45,719 nt of DNA from a virus (IMGVR_UViG_3300020432_000014:1-45719); one strand, 5' to 3'; counted from the stretch's first letter, positions 35,801-45,718 are shown. Made by a program: numbers and translations. Notes: generated by a model from the letters alone, not told the origin.

Positions 35801-38800
35801 TTCTTGGTTATACTCTAATCTTGCAGGAGGAAGATATACTGGATATCCTGCCCAGTCTGGGTCATCTCTATCATAAAGGACTGCCTTCATGTATTCTCTA
35901 ATTCTTGTGAGATAGTAAATTAGATGAGACCTAACAACATCTTGATATGCTATAAAGTTACCTTCACCATCAAACCAGTTTTGTAGTAGACGGAATGAGC
36001 CAGCATTACCATGAGTAATCATGTCATAACGGACTGCCTTCATTACATCAGTAGCAAACTGTAGTGTAGCGTTTGTGCTGCCGAAGTAAGTTACTGTAGC
36101 ATCGTATGCTCTTTGCTCAATAGCATATGTGTTGAATAGAAGTTGATTAGCAACTCTCTTATCATTCTGTGTGCCACCACCAAGTGCTGAAGATAATAGA
36201 CCCATCAAGGTATCAACAGCAGATGTTACGTTATAACATGTGCCTCCTTGATAATTTGTATTGCCATTGTAAGGGAATGTCTTAGTAACACTAGATGTTA
36301 GATAATTTGTATTGGCAGTTGCTGCTTGAATAATAGTATTGAATGGAATCTCCATCAATGTATTGATTGCTGACACAACCTCAGGGCATGTCATATTAGA
36401 CAAGTTATCAGAATCTTGACCACCATTACTTGTATCGTAAGTGACTGTAAGGTCTCTCTTAGGTAAGTCAGGAGTATACTTAACAGGCCATATGTATGGT
36501 AGTGTGTAAGTCCTGTTTAAAATATTGTTTGGATTGCTGATAGTATCATTAAAGATTGCCATCAAATTAGTTACTTCAGTGCCAACTCCGTCTGCTTCGT
36601 CACCTTGATATGATTGTGCAACTTGACGTGCACGATAGTATGAAAGGTCACCATTGATAGGCCATGCCCATGTAGAAACATCAGTAACATCTAATTCAGT
36701 ATCAATCACTGGGTCATGAGGACGTGGATATACATGCTGTGATGCAAACTGGTCAGAAGAGCAACTCATTGTCAAGGACTGAGGTGCAATAGTAATCTTA
36801 TTAGCAGTTGTTAGTGTATGTCCTGCAACTGTAAATGTTAATTCACCAGTCTCAGGGACGTAGTATGCATTAGTTGGTGTTAATGTGCCACCACCAGTGA
36901 CTGATATTGCACCAGAATCTGCACTTACAAATCTGTGGACATATCCACCACCAGAAATTAATGCACCTGATGTTGCATTTACAAATGTATGAGGATATTG
37001 TTGTCCTGCAGGAGATGCACCAATGTGGACTGTAATTGTGCCATCCTGTTTCTTGACTGCACCAGTAAGGGCAGAAACAAATGTGTGGTCATATTGCTGA
37101 CCTTGTTGTGATGCTCCAACATTAACAGTAATTACGTTACCAACAACAGATTCAACAGGTAACCATTCTTTTATTGCAGGGTCATCTGCTCTTGGATATG
37201 AGTGGTTAGTATTGTTGCCATCTTGTGTGCAAGTAAATGTAACACCGTCAGGAGCAATCTCAACCATTGTATTTGCTCTTGCAACACCATTTGATGCAGC
37301 ACTAATAAAGGCATGTGCATATCTGCTATCAGCAGCACCTATACCAACATTAACTGTGAATGTATCTGTAGTGTGTGATTTAACAAGAATCCACTTATCA
37401 TACCATGGGTCTGTTGGACGTGGATAAGAATGCTGAGTTGCATTACTATCTTTTGTGCAAGTAAATGTAAATGCGTTTTGGACAAACTTGACTTTACCAC
37501 CAGTTGTTACGCCATGACTCGCAGCAACCACAGTTAAGTCACCAGTGTTAGCGTCATATGTGGCTCCTGTAGGGCTCATGTTAGTAGGAGCAGTGAATCC
37601 AGAAACACTGGGCAATGTAAGACCTAAGTCTCCAGTTGCAGCGTTATATGTTGCGGTAGATGGAGTATGTGCTGTGCTACCTACACCTGTGATACCGATT
37701 GAAGAATTATACGCCCAATCTGTAACTCTTGGATATGCATGGGTAGTTTGATTACTATCCATTGTGCATGTAAAGTTGAGTGACTCACCTAAGAATCTGA
37801 CTGTCTCTGTTGAGTGAATAATATTGTTATTTGTGTTAGAAACATATGTGTGTGAATGTTGTCCAGTTGCACCCGCTACACCAACGTTGATTGTGAAAGT
37901 ATTTGCATCTGCTGCAGTCACAATCATCATCTTGTTGTAATATGGGTCGGTAGTTCTTGGATATGTGTGGTTAGTTGCTCCACCATCCATAGCACAATTA
38001 AATGTAACATCCTTAACGATAACTCTGTCACCCTTCTTAATGCCATGCCCATTGGATGTCATTACCATAACACCAGTGGCAGGATCATATGTCGCACCTG
38101 TTGTTGTTAGTAGTGATGTGTCTCTGAAGTCATGATTACCAACAGTAAGCACCATCTCACCAGTTGCAGGGTCATAAGTTGCACCGCTAACATCATATGT
38201 TGACTTAGGTGATGCACCAACGTTGACTGTAAATGTATTGAGAGTTGTTGACTCACCATTTGCTACAGTGCCATTTGTTGCTGCAAATCCACCATCACCA
38301 GTGTCAGACATCAATCCAGATGCTGCACCTAATCCAGTAAATCCAGTTGAAGTTTCTGCACTACCTATTGGGTCACCGTCAATCCAAAGTCTTACACGAC
38401 CTCTTCCAACATCTATGTCTCCACCAATTTTAACTTCCCAAACTAATTCATGCTCTTCATCATCCATATATTGTGTGATATCAGCAACAGGGATATCAAG
38501 CATTGCAAGACCATTATCAGATGAGTAAGTTGCACCACCAGAGTATGACTGATTACTGCTTCCTGCACGAATTCTAAAGTATGTGCCACCGTCTCTAAAT
38601 CCAACCCAAACACCTTGACTTGTGCCACCCAATTCAAATAAACAAGCATCAACCGCAGTTGATGGAAGCACAGTTACACATCTGAATACTCCATCGTCAG
38701 TTGGGTCAACACCAACGTTGCTATTTTCTGCAACATCAATATTATTTTTCTTCTGATGGAAAGTCCTTGTAAGTAAATTATTTGGAGTCTGTGTTGCACC

Positions 38801-41800
38801 ACCAGATGCATCAACTAATTTAGTTGTTGGTTTGTCAGTTGCATTATAGAATCTTTGATATCCATAGCCAGCATTATCTGTGATAATCTGGTCTTTCATT
38901 GCACGGATAGCAAGGTCTTTTGCTTTATTAAATATCCAAAGTGTTTCAGTAGATTGACTGTTAACATGGATTAAAGCAGACCCACCATAACCTACGTAGA
39001 ATTCTGCACCATACTGGACGTAGTTGTCACCACCATACTTAAGGTTGAATACCATCGCTCTTAGTAAGTCAGTAACGTCATGGACGCAATTTATAGGACC
39101 ACCTGGGATTGATAATGATGGGAATTGAATTCTACCTAACGCTACAGCATTCTCAGCAATATAACGAATGTTTGCATCAATAGCATCACCACATCTTTGA
39201 TAGATTTCATCTCTAGGATTCTGCTCATAAGTTTGGACAGGTGTTATTAGATTTGTATTACCAGAAATATAATCTCTACCAAAACCATTTCTTAATGTTA
39301 ATATTGCAATATCTTTAGCAATCTTAATAGTTGTAATAGATGCTTCCCATTCTGATTCAATATGTTTTAATGAATTGTTTTCAGGCTCAACATACAATGC
39401 AGATGCATCATATACCTTCTCATTACAATCGTATAGAAGGTCATGTGACATAGCATCAAGAATGTCTACAATATCATCTTCACAATTTACAGGACCACCT
39501 GGGATTGCAAGAGATGCATACTTAGACATATCATTCATTATCGCAACAGATTCTTGTGCAATCAATCTCTTATTGCGTTGAATCATGTCAACAGAGTCAA
39601 TGAATCTATCGTTAACACTACGTGTTTGCTGAGGATATCCTTCTGGGTCGATAGTTACAGTATCGTCTCTATATGCACCACGTGCAGTCCATACAGGAGA
39701 ATAGTAATCATCTTGGTATGCTGCAGGGAATCCTAAAGATGCTGCAGTTTCACCTGGGCTGAGTAGTAACTGATTTACTGCCTTCATTGCCAACATCTTA
39801 GAGAAGTCAAATGCATCAAGCATTGGATTCAATTCATTCTCTACATGTAGAATATTATTCTGACCATCTAAGTATTGGTCAATAACATAATCAATATTAT
39901 ATGTGCCTCCTGTTGCTAAGTCACTGATGACAGCAGGAAGAATAAATTGCTTAACGTCTCTCAAACAATATGGCTCACCATAGCCAGGCATGACTAAGAA
40001 ATCATATTCTGTGCCATCGATAGTTTGTGCATACTTGTCTTGAATATAACCAACTGTCTCTTCTGCAATGTAATCTCTATTTTTCCAGATAGCAGTACCA
40101 CCATCTCTGAATCTATTACCAGTAGGTGCAAGCACTTCTAATAATGCATCCATCAATGCTCTAACTTCATTCTGGACTCCAATGGATGCAGGAGTTGCAA
40201 AGTTATTTGGTATTCTCAATTTCTGTGTATACTGACCACTTAAATCATAACTTGTAGATGTAATAACCTGATTACATAAATCAGCAGCATAATCCCATGC
40301 AAATAGAGTTTGTAAAATCTCATTTTGGACATGCTTTAATTTACCACTAACTTCTAAGTAAGTCCTAGCAGTATAAAGTGTATGATAATTACCACCTTCT
40401 CTAAGGTCTTTAACAAGAGCACCTAAGATATAATCTTTTGTATCACGAATACATGTCGCAGTACCACCACTACCATATCCACTGCTTCCCATACCGTCCC
40501 CAGGAATTGTAAAGTCTGGGAATTGTGCTGCCATATATCCGACTGCTTCTTCAGCAATCCACTCAGCATTAAGTAAGATAATTCCTGCAGCGTCACGATA
40601 AGATGCTCTACCTAAATCAACGTCCTTAATGATGATATCATCAGTACCATAATTAATGCTTCTAGCAGTAGCAGATGATGTGCGTTGACCAGTAAATGTT
40701 GCATAACATTCTGTGGTAGAAAGTATAAATGGTGCTTCACCATCTAAACCAATAGAAATCTTTTGTCTAGTGTAATCAATCTGTGATGGAGGACTAAAGT
40801 CTGCTACGTAATCTGCTTCTCCTTTTCTAATGCAGAGTAAATCAATATATCCTGTAAATCCTGTATTCTGTTGGAATGATGTGCCAATCCATGCAGGAGC
40901 ATAAAGATAATTGTTTGTATCTGCAGCACTAGCGACTGTATTACCATTAAGATATAAAGTAATAACACCACTAGACCTAACAACTGCAAGATGTTGCCAT
41001 ACAGTTGCTTGGACTGTGCCACCAAATACTAATACACCTGTGCCATTTGCAACACGGATAGTTGAGCCATCTAAGTAGATTCTAAGACCAGTTGATGCAG
41101 ATGTCCTTCTAAAATCAAATATATGTTGTGTGCCAGATACAGCATCAGGTCTAAACCATGTCTCTATAGTAAAGTCATCTGTGCCATATGTGAAATCATA
41201 ACTGTCTGCAGCAGCAAGATAACCATTAGAAGGAATTCTAATTGATTTGCTACCAACTAGAGTTGTCTTTCTTTCTATAACACTTGTTGTGCAATTACTA
41301 TTTGTTAAAGTAGAGTTAGTAATAAATTCATCTTGTTGGAATGTGCCTGTAATAGCATTAGAGAATATCCACTTAAGACCAGTATTAATACCAATAGCAG
41401 ATGTGGTAGCACCAGAGGTCATACCCTTAATCTGGTCACCAGTTACAAATAGACCACTAGACTTATCCTTATAAGCAAGTTTAATAGTCCTGATAGTTTC
41501 ACCATCAACAAATGTGCCATCTGTAATAGATGCTAATGCATTAACATTATCAAGGTCACCATGACTAATTGCAGTTGTTGCTATGTCTGCTAATGTTGCA
41601 ATATATGCTTGGACGTTTGCACAGTTTTGTATAGACTGATTTCTACCAGATGAGTAGTTGGGGTCAAAGTATTCTGCCTTTGTGCCACCACCCAAGAATA
41701 CTGCATTGGGTAATGCAGAGATGAATGTATGAGTATAACCACCACCAGACTTAACTGCTCCTGCATTAGCAGATGCAAATGTGTGAGCATAGATTGGCTC

Positions 41801-44800
41801 ACTATTCTGTGTTGCAACAAATAATGTGATTGTAGTGTCTGTCCTTGCAATAACTTGTAGAGGCACGTTTGATGCAGGGTCACTATTACGAGGATAAGAA
41901 TGAGTAGTAGCATTATCATCCATTGTGCAAGTGAATGATATTGAATTATCATCTAATTTAATATACTCGCCAACGTCTAATGTATGAGCACCAATAGTCA
42001 ACACCATCATACCTGTAGATGGGTCGTATGTTGCATCTGTTGGTGTCCAAGATACTAATGGAGATGTGCCAACATTAAGGTCAATAGTTGTAGCAGTTGG
42101 ATTCTGTACTTGAATTGGGGTATTGAATGCAGGGTCGCCCGCTCTAGGATAATCATGGAATGTCTCATCATTATCCATGCTGCATGTAAACCTTATAGAA
42201 TAAGGTCTAACTGTGACACTATCAGCTGTAGTCCATGAGTGTCCTCCACTCAATGTTAGTGTCATAATACCAGTGCTTGCATTATAAGTTGCACCAGTTA
42301 CATCTTTCTCTTCTAATTCTACTGAGCCGTTGGTATAAGGTCCTGCATATGTTGTTGGGTCTTTCAACATATAACCTGTTTCAGAAACAGTAGAGTTTCT
42401 CTGGAAGTAGAGCAAGTTGTTGATTGCTCTAAACATCAAGTCTCTTGCTTTAGTAATTGCAGTGATTGAAGGACCTTCCTCACCAGTTAAACCGTTAGCG
42501 ATAGGACTTCCTGCAGCAGTGAAATACTTCTTAGTAAATTCTACAGTATTATAGTTACCACCATCAGAAACATCTTGTGCTACCGCATCAATCATCAGAC
42601 CTAAATCACGACGACATTTAGTCTGGCCTGTAGTGTATGTGCCGACGGTTTCATCAGGTAACTCTGTTAGGTTACCATTGGTTAGAGTTGTATCTACAAT
42701 ATCATGCAATGTTGTGATTGCTGCCTGCACATCAGAGCAATTATCTGTGCCATTGTTAGATGTGTTTGCTCCTGCTGTGCCATAGTCATCATTAGGTGAT
42801 GGGTCAGCAGTAATACCATGACCAGTATATCCACCTTCATCTACCTCATTATGAGGTTTAAATGTGATGCCAGCTAGACTTCCAGATGATGCAGTATAGT
42901 TAGTAGTAATATTGTTTACTATTGCCAACTTCATCCATTCTTTTGCTCTAGTGAAACCATAACGTGTTTCAGCAGATTCGTTGTTTACATATACAAAGTT
43001 ACCGTCTGCATCAAAATAATCTTGTGATAATTTACGTGTATAAACGTTACCACCTCTAAAGATGTCAACAGAGATTGCATCGATGTAATAATGAAGGTCA
43101 CGGATACACTTACCTGGGTCGCTGACTGTAAGAGATGGATACTGTGTAATCATCTCATCATATGCTACAGCAGCAATATAATCTTTATTAAGTTGAATTA
43201 GACGATATGCATCAGAATATCTTGACCAAGGATTCGTAATGATGTCACCTGGGAAATAGAAGTATGGATGCTCTACTGCAATCTGTGCATCGGCAAAATC
43301 GATAATTTCTTGTCTATTGCCAAGAATCATTGCAGAAGCATCTTTAAATCTGTTTTCTGCACTGCCATGGAATGAAGAGTTAGGATTATTGTAACTAACT
43401 CTCTTATTGATAATATTTGCTCCTGCAGAGATTGTGCCACCTGATAATCCAGTATAGATAACTTCTGTGCTTCTTACTTGCTCAAAGTCTAAGAAATCAT
43501 CATTTATTCTCTGAGATGAATCATACAACTCTGTAGGTGTAATTGAAGACTTAGAAATGTCATCTACGATTACGTTGGGGTTTGTGATGCTAACAAGACG
43601 CTCAAACAGTAATCCAAAGAATGTAGAGCCAGGGTTGATAATTAACTCGTCTACAACGTCATTAGTTACAGGATCGCTGTATGGAGCGATATATGTGATT
43701 TGACCAGCTATCTTAGACCTAGCAGAGTAAATATATTCGTTTAATCTTAAATCAAAGATTCCAGTCTCGAATCTTGGAGTACCTGATGTTTTACTTACAA
43801 CAATACGGTCACTAATGACTCCTTGGTCGTCAATATTAGTTTCTTCAATAATTGCAGTATCACCTTCTAAATTAGTGATAGATTCGCCAAATTCAAAGAT
43901 AGTTTCGCTATTAAGTAGAGTTACGGACTGTATAAGTGCTGAGAATAATTCTCCTCTTACAATCTCTTCATTAAGTTGGAATGTGCCACCAGTTACGTTA
44001 ATAACGTCAATATGTGCTAATCCACTGTCAATAACAGTTGCAAAGGTGTCTGAAAACTCACCTTGCACCTGTTGACCTAAAGTTGGGAAAATACCAAACT
44101 CATTTGTGCCATTTGAGTCATAAAGTGCAATTCTGTAGATAGGAGTTGGTGTAACACCTAATTCTCTGTAATTAACTTTAGAAGGTGGTTTGGGTGGCTC
44201 AGCAAAGACTAAGTTACCACCAACAACTTGATATGACTCACCTGGGGCTTGAATAACACCATTAAGGGTAATCATCAACTGGTCTTGCTGCACAATGACT
44301 TGCTCGCCTTCTACAGTGATTGGGAATTGCTTATCAATACCATTAAACCTACCAGAGATGTCATCCATCTTTTTAACGATAGATGTCAAGATTTCTTCGG
44401 AAGATGTCAATCTTCTCTTTCTGAATAAGACTTCTGTGTTGTTATAGTCAGTATAGATTGGTTGAGCAGCACCAAATGATGTAATCTCATTTACATTACT
44501 ATAGTTGTTAATATTAACCTGTTTAGTAAATTCTGTGCCGATATTTCTTCCAGAAATGTCCTTACCACCAGTCAACTCAAGTTGACCAAACATATTGAAT
44601 CCTGCAGGGTGATTATTCTCTAATACCTGAGTTTTCCAATCTGTAATAGGAATTTGTGACTTAATAACATAAGAGAAGTTTTGATAGAAGTAAGAGTCTT
44701 GAATCTTCTGGACAATCTCTGATGGTTTACCAACATCATCAATAAACCTACCTGGGGTGCGAGTTAGTGACCCAATATTCAATACACCACGAGCAATGCT

Positions 44801-45718
44801 GAGGTTATCAATAACACCAGCTGCTTTTGATATAGCTCCAGTTACTCTTTCTCCTGCAATCCAGTCACCTGTATAATCAACAATCTTAAGAATCTTAGGA
44901 CCTATTTGCCAACCAGTGTTTGTAGAAACTTTACCTTCTGCAGTTGCTTGCTCTGGACTACTACCTTGATATACTTCTTCACCTTCTAAGAATCTTGATG
45001 TCTCTACAACTGCCTCTGCTGCTCCACCAAATACCTCAGTAAGTAATGTCTGACGACCACTACCTTGTGTCAAGAATGTGATGTAATCTCCACCTTGTGC
45101 TGCTTGTAAAGTCAAACCAAAACGTATTTGGTCAGATTCTAATCCTGCTGCCTCTCCTGCAATAGCATAGTAAGTCTGTCCTTCAACTAAAGATGTTAAA
45201 CCCGCACTACTTGGTTTTGGTAATTCACCTTCTGTGCTTCCAACACTATCAGCACGGAATTGGACTTCTGCACCAGTTGTAATACCATGTGGGAAGTTAA
45301 ACTGTAGATAGTTAAGGTCTAAGTTAACAACATAGTTAAATTCTGATTTTAGAGTTACAGTAGGCTCAGATGAATATCCTCCACCTGGGTTTTTGATAAT
45401 AATCTCAGAAAGACGATTATTCTTAATAACTGCCTCAGCAGCAGCCCCTGTGCCTCCACCACCTTCGATTATAACAGCAGGAGTTGAAGTATATCCTGAA
45501 CCTGGATTTGTAATCTTAATCTGTGCAAGTATAGATGTATTGAAGAGTTGTAAGTTTACAGGGAATGTAATTTCTGGTTTTAGAGTGTAGTCATGTGAAT
45601 ATCCGAAACCAAATTCATTATTCTTCAATCTCTTAATCTTACCGATATTCTTACCAGTTAAGAATACAGATGCACCACTACCTTCAGAAGGAATGATAAC
45701 ATTTACTGCACCACCAGA
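32894..45718 (-). CDS. g7: Giant baseplate wedge protein (gp7-like, >4270 aa), 5'-truncated by the window
   Basis: The frame stays open from 45628 to the window end (SGGAVNVIIPSEGSGASVFLTGKNIGKIKRLKNNEFG...). KIQDSYFYQNFSYVIKS...W......HPAGF motif of T4-like gp7. Carries LamG-like, Ig-like and several repeat modules. Confidence 0.85.
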   Translation of the reverse strand, partial: SGGAVNVIIPSEGSGASVFLTGKNIGKIKRLKNNEFGFGYSHDYTLKPEITFPVNLQLFNTSILAQIKITNPGSGYTSTPAVIIEGGGGTGAAAEAVIKNNRLSEIIIKNPGGGYSSEPTVTLKSEFNYVVNLDLNYLQFNFPHGITTGAEVQFRADSVGSTEGELPKPSSAGLTSLVEGQTYYAIAGEAAGLESDQIRFGLTLQAAQGGDYITFLTQGSGRQTLLTEVFGGAAEAVVETSRFLEGEEVYQGSSPEQATAEGKVSTNTGWQIGPKILKIVDYTGDWIAGERVTGAISKAAGVIDNLSIARGVLNIGSLTRTPGRFIDDVGKPSEIVQKIQDSYFYQNFSYVIKSQIPITDWKTQVLENNHPAGFNMFGQLELTGGKDISGRNIGTEFTKQVNINNYSNVNEITSFGAAQPIYTDYNNTEVLFRKRRLTSSEEILTSIVKKMDDISGRFNGIDKQFPITVEGEQVIVQQDQLMITLNGVIQAPGESYQVVGGNLVFAEPPKPPSKVNYRELGVTPTPIYRIALYDSNGTNEFGIFPTLGQQVQGEFSDTFATVIDSGLAHIDVINVTGGTFQLNEEIVRGELFSALIQSVTLLNSETIFEFGESITNLEGDTAIIEETNIDDQGVISDRIVVSKTSGTPRFETGIFDLRLNEYIYSARSKIAGQITYIAPYSDPVTNDVVDELIINPGSTFFGLLFERLVSITNPNVIVDDISKSSITPTELYDSSQRINDDFLDFEQVRSTEVIYTGLSGGTISAGANIINKRVSYNNPNSSFHGSAENRFKDASAMILGNRQEIIDFADAQIAVEHPYFYFPGDIITNPWSRYSDAYRLIQLNKDYIAAVAYDEMITQYPSLTVSDPGKCIRDLHYYIDAISVDIFRGGNVYTRKLSQDYFDADGNFVYVNNESAETRYGFTRAKEWMKLAIVNNITTNYTASSGSLAGITFKPHNEVDEGGYTGHGITADPSPNDDYGTAGANTSNNGTDNCSDVQAAITTLHDIVDTTLTNGNLTELPDETVGTYTTGQTKCRRDLGLMIDAVAQDVSDGGNYNTVEFTKKYFTAAGSPIANGLTGEEGPSITAITKARDLMFRAINNLLYFQRNSTVSETGYMLKDPTTYAGPYTNGSVELEEKDVTGATYNASTGIMTLTLSGGHSWTTADSVTVRPYSIRFTCSMDNDETFHDYPRAGDPAFNTPIQVQNPTATTIDLNVGTSPLVSWTPTDATYDPSTGMMVLTIGAHTLDVGEYIKLDDNSISFTCTMDDNATTHSYPRNSDPASNVPLQVIARTDTTITLFVATQNSEPIYAHTFASANAGAVKSGGGYTHTFISALPNAVFLGGGTKAEYFDPNYSSGRNQSIQNCANVQAYIATLADIATTAISHGDLDNVNALASITDGTFVDGETIRTIKLAYKDKSSGLFVTGDQIKGMTSGATTSAIGINTGLKWIFSNAITGTFQQDEFITNSTLTNSNCTTSVIERKTTLVGSKSIRIPSNGYLAAADSYDFTYGTDDFTIETWFRPDAVSGTQHIFDFRRTSASTGLRIYLDGSTIRVANGTGVLVFGGTVQATVWQHLAVVRSSGVITLYLNGNTVASAADTNNYLYAPAWIGTSFQQNTGFTGYIDLLCIRKGEADYVADFSPPSQIDYTRQKISIGLDGEAPFILSTTECYATFTGQRTSSATARSINYGTDDIIIKDVDLGRASYRDAAGIILLNAEWIAEEAVGYMAAQFPDFTIPGDGMGSSGYGSGGTATCIRDTKDYILGALVKDLREGGNYHTLYTARTYLEVSGKLKHVQNEILQTLFAWDYAADLCNQVITSTSYDLSGQYTQKLRIPNNFATPASIGVQNEVRALMDALLEVLAPTGNRFRDGGTAIWKNRDYIAEETVGYIQDKYAQTIDGTEYDFLVMPGYGEPYCLRDVKQFILPAVISDLATGGTYNIDYVIDQYLDGQNNILHVENELNPMLDAFDFSKMLAMKAVNQLLLSPGETAASLGFPAAYQDDYYSPVWTARGAYRDDTVTIDPEGYPQQTRSVNDRFIDSVDMIQRNKRLIAQESVAIMNDMSKYASLAIPGGPVNCEDDIVDILDAMSHDLLYDCNEKVYDASALYVEPENNSLKHIESEWEASITTIKIAKDIAILTLRNGFGRDYISGNTNLITPVQTYEQNPRDEIYQRCGDAIDANIRYIAENAVALGRIQFPSLSIPGGPINCVHDVTDLLRAMVFNLKYGGDNYVQYGAEFYVGYGGSALIHVNSQSTETLWIFNKAKDLAIRAMKDQIITDNAGYGYQRFYNATDKPTTKLVDASGGATQTPNNLLTRTFHQKKNNIDVAENSNVGVDPTDDGVFRCVTVLPSTAVDACLFELGGTSQGVWVGFRDGGTYFRIRAGSSNQSYSGGATYSSDNGLAMLDIPVADITQYMDDEEHELVWEVKIGGDIDVGRGRVRLWIDGDPIGSAETSTGFTGLGAASGLMSDTGDGGFAATNGTVANGESTTLNTFTVNVGASPKSTYDVSGATYDPATGEMVLTVGNHDFRDTSLLTTTGATYDPATGVMVMTSNGHGIKKGDRVIVKDVTFNCAMDGGATNHTYPRTTDPYYNKMMIVTAADANTFTINVGVAGATGQHSHTYVSNTNNNIIHSTETVRFLGESLNFTCTMDSNQTTHAYPRVTDWAYNSSIGITGVGSTAHTPSTATYNAATGDLGLTLPSVSGFTAPTNMSPTGATYDANTGDLTVVAASHGVTTGGKVKFVQNAFTFTCTKDSNATQHSYPRPTDPWYDKWILVKSHTTDTFTVNVGIGAADSRYAHAFISAASNGVARANTMVEIAPDGVTFTCTQDGNNTNHSYPRADDPAIKEWLPVESVVGNVITVNVGASQQGQQYDHTFVSALTGAVKKQDGTITVHIGASPAGQQYPHTFVNATSGALISGGGYVHRFVSADSGAISVTGGGTLTPTNAYYVPETGELTFTVAGHTLTTANKITIAPQSLTMSCSSDQFASQHVYPRPHDPVIDTELDVTDVSTWAWPINGDLSYYRARQVAQSYQGDEADGVGTEVTNLMAIFNDTISNPNNILNRTYTLPYIWPVKYTPDLPKRDLTVTYDTSNGGQDSDNLSNMTCPEVVSAINTLMEIPFNTIIQAATANTNYLTSSVTKTFPYNGNTNYQGGTCYNVTSAVDTLMGLLSSALGGGTQNDKRVANQLLFNTYAIEQRAYDATVTYFGSTNATLQFATDVMKAVRYDMITHGNAGSFRLLQNWFDGEGNFIAYQDVVRSHLIYYLTRIREYMKAVLYDRDDPDWAGYPVYLPPARLEYNQEAAEFIMDSSLNPIEFALELSKFPTEASVTWIPSTDAENLGKTYQMGIDYNTDPALVVLTPTVDVGFDRAEYRVRINRGNQFRRGDILTYIPASQTSVTAFTNQPYWYVMTATAQWFEVGAHYIHDGRFREVFVDTNNSGSQIFSVVRRSGITRTAPVYPSDPSETPIQGGFNPADVIYGSTSDATSEIGTVFANEANIRVLMKYYGLSGIVANFVNGEDVVVQGATSNTGKVIQTVTKDGDLNGFVKLINVAGTISAGDVLEGVESGATGTVTADLSDRMLINVESGSFQSGDYVFNKDNAAEVLFSTYTNKSGSLTDTDGGRITIDVETIENEWSTGDVVYGSVTDYILDVKGISGTQIQLNQYIHGTNIYELTLGVAITDTGVSDTFNVGDEITLLQGTTQKNPGWTATVTKYINGLNIVDTNDPNYGVHKLWIGNLVPVGAGADISEVGNSTNNIGKIEIGSNFPTIYANVIGYTNTQSSVYGKVVAIEQTGITATIWVENAQGVFADNMTVKSDYGWGGAVSSARTLEGRVDRYFRGFDGAQSTFDLTINNGEAYFPDPAGHLLIFVNGVLQPPGGNASYVAFSDKIQFNEPPDIGSEFIGYYVGKLRQLDDISFEFDSLRSSFNLKRGGLFYSLTLTEGVSSNTILPENNIIVSLNGIIQEPGTAYELVGSRIIFAETPRAGSTFVGFSYIGSDADVIAATVVPPIESGDQLFIEGEEFNREVALIESSNSLITFEYTGSVKGRNAQALATITRGQVTNAILTNPGDGYTSRPNVDVISSSGFDANIKALTGITRIDVKTAGVGYAMPSVLVETEVPDDFVEPTGTPVNGGFDVLAGEGSEYTGGTTITPGTIAITQDPVNVTVNQGQTASFTVVSTVTNSQAMNYQWQKKEYGTQTWSNIIGANQATYFTNPTTQADDSDEYRVAITAAGATPVYSLSAILSVQTGATVITGFTPDQIFDDI
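36677..38250 (-). repeat. Five interleaved copies of a ~95-aa domain (ATYD..TG / FTC..D....H.YPR..DP / T.TVNVG / Y.HTFVSA)
   Basis: Seen in the translation; two more copies at ~41695-42306. Confidence 0.9.
40785..41255 (-). other. LamG/concanavalin-A-like lectin domain within the gp7-like protein
   Basis: DFTIETWFRP, WQHLAVVRSSG.ITLYLNG, FTGYID signatures. Confidence 0.8.

Noticed and set aside
7067-41952. Alternative-frame minus-strand ORFs inside large genes (e.g. 7067-7384, 11432-11701, 41590-41952)
   Set aside because: L/M/Q/V-rich off-frame translations typical of shifted reading of biased codons; no RBS or motif support.
16-45590. Numerous plus-strand ORFs of 60-220 aa (e.g. 14056-14619, 30018-30677, 12880-13374)
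   Set aside because: They lie antisense to well-supported genes. Their P/S/V/T-rich composition is the mirror of G/T/D/N-rich sense codons, so they are shadow ORFs.
45626-45628. TTG start assigned to the 4244-aa ORF
   Set aside because: The frame is open to the window edge, so the true start lies outside the window.
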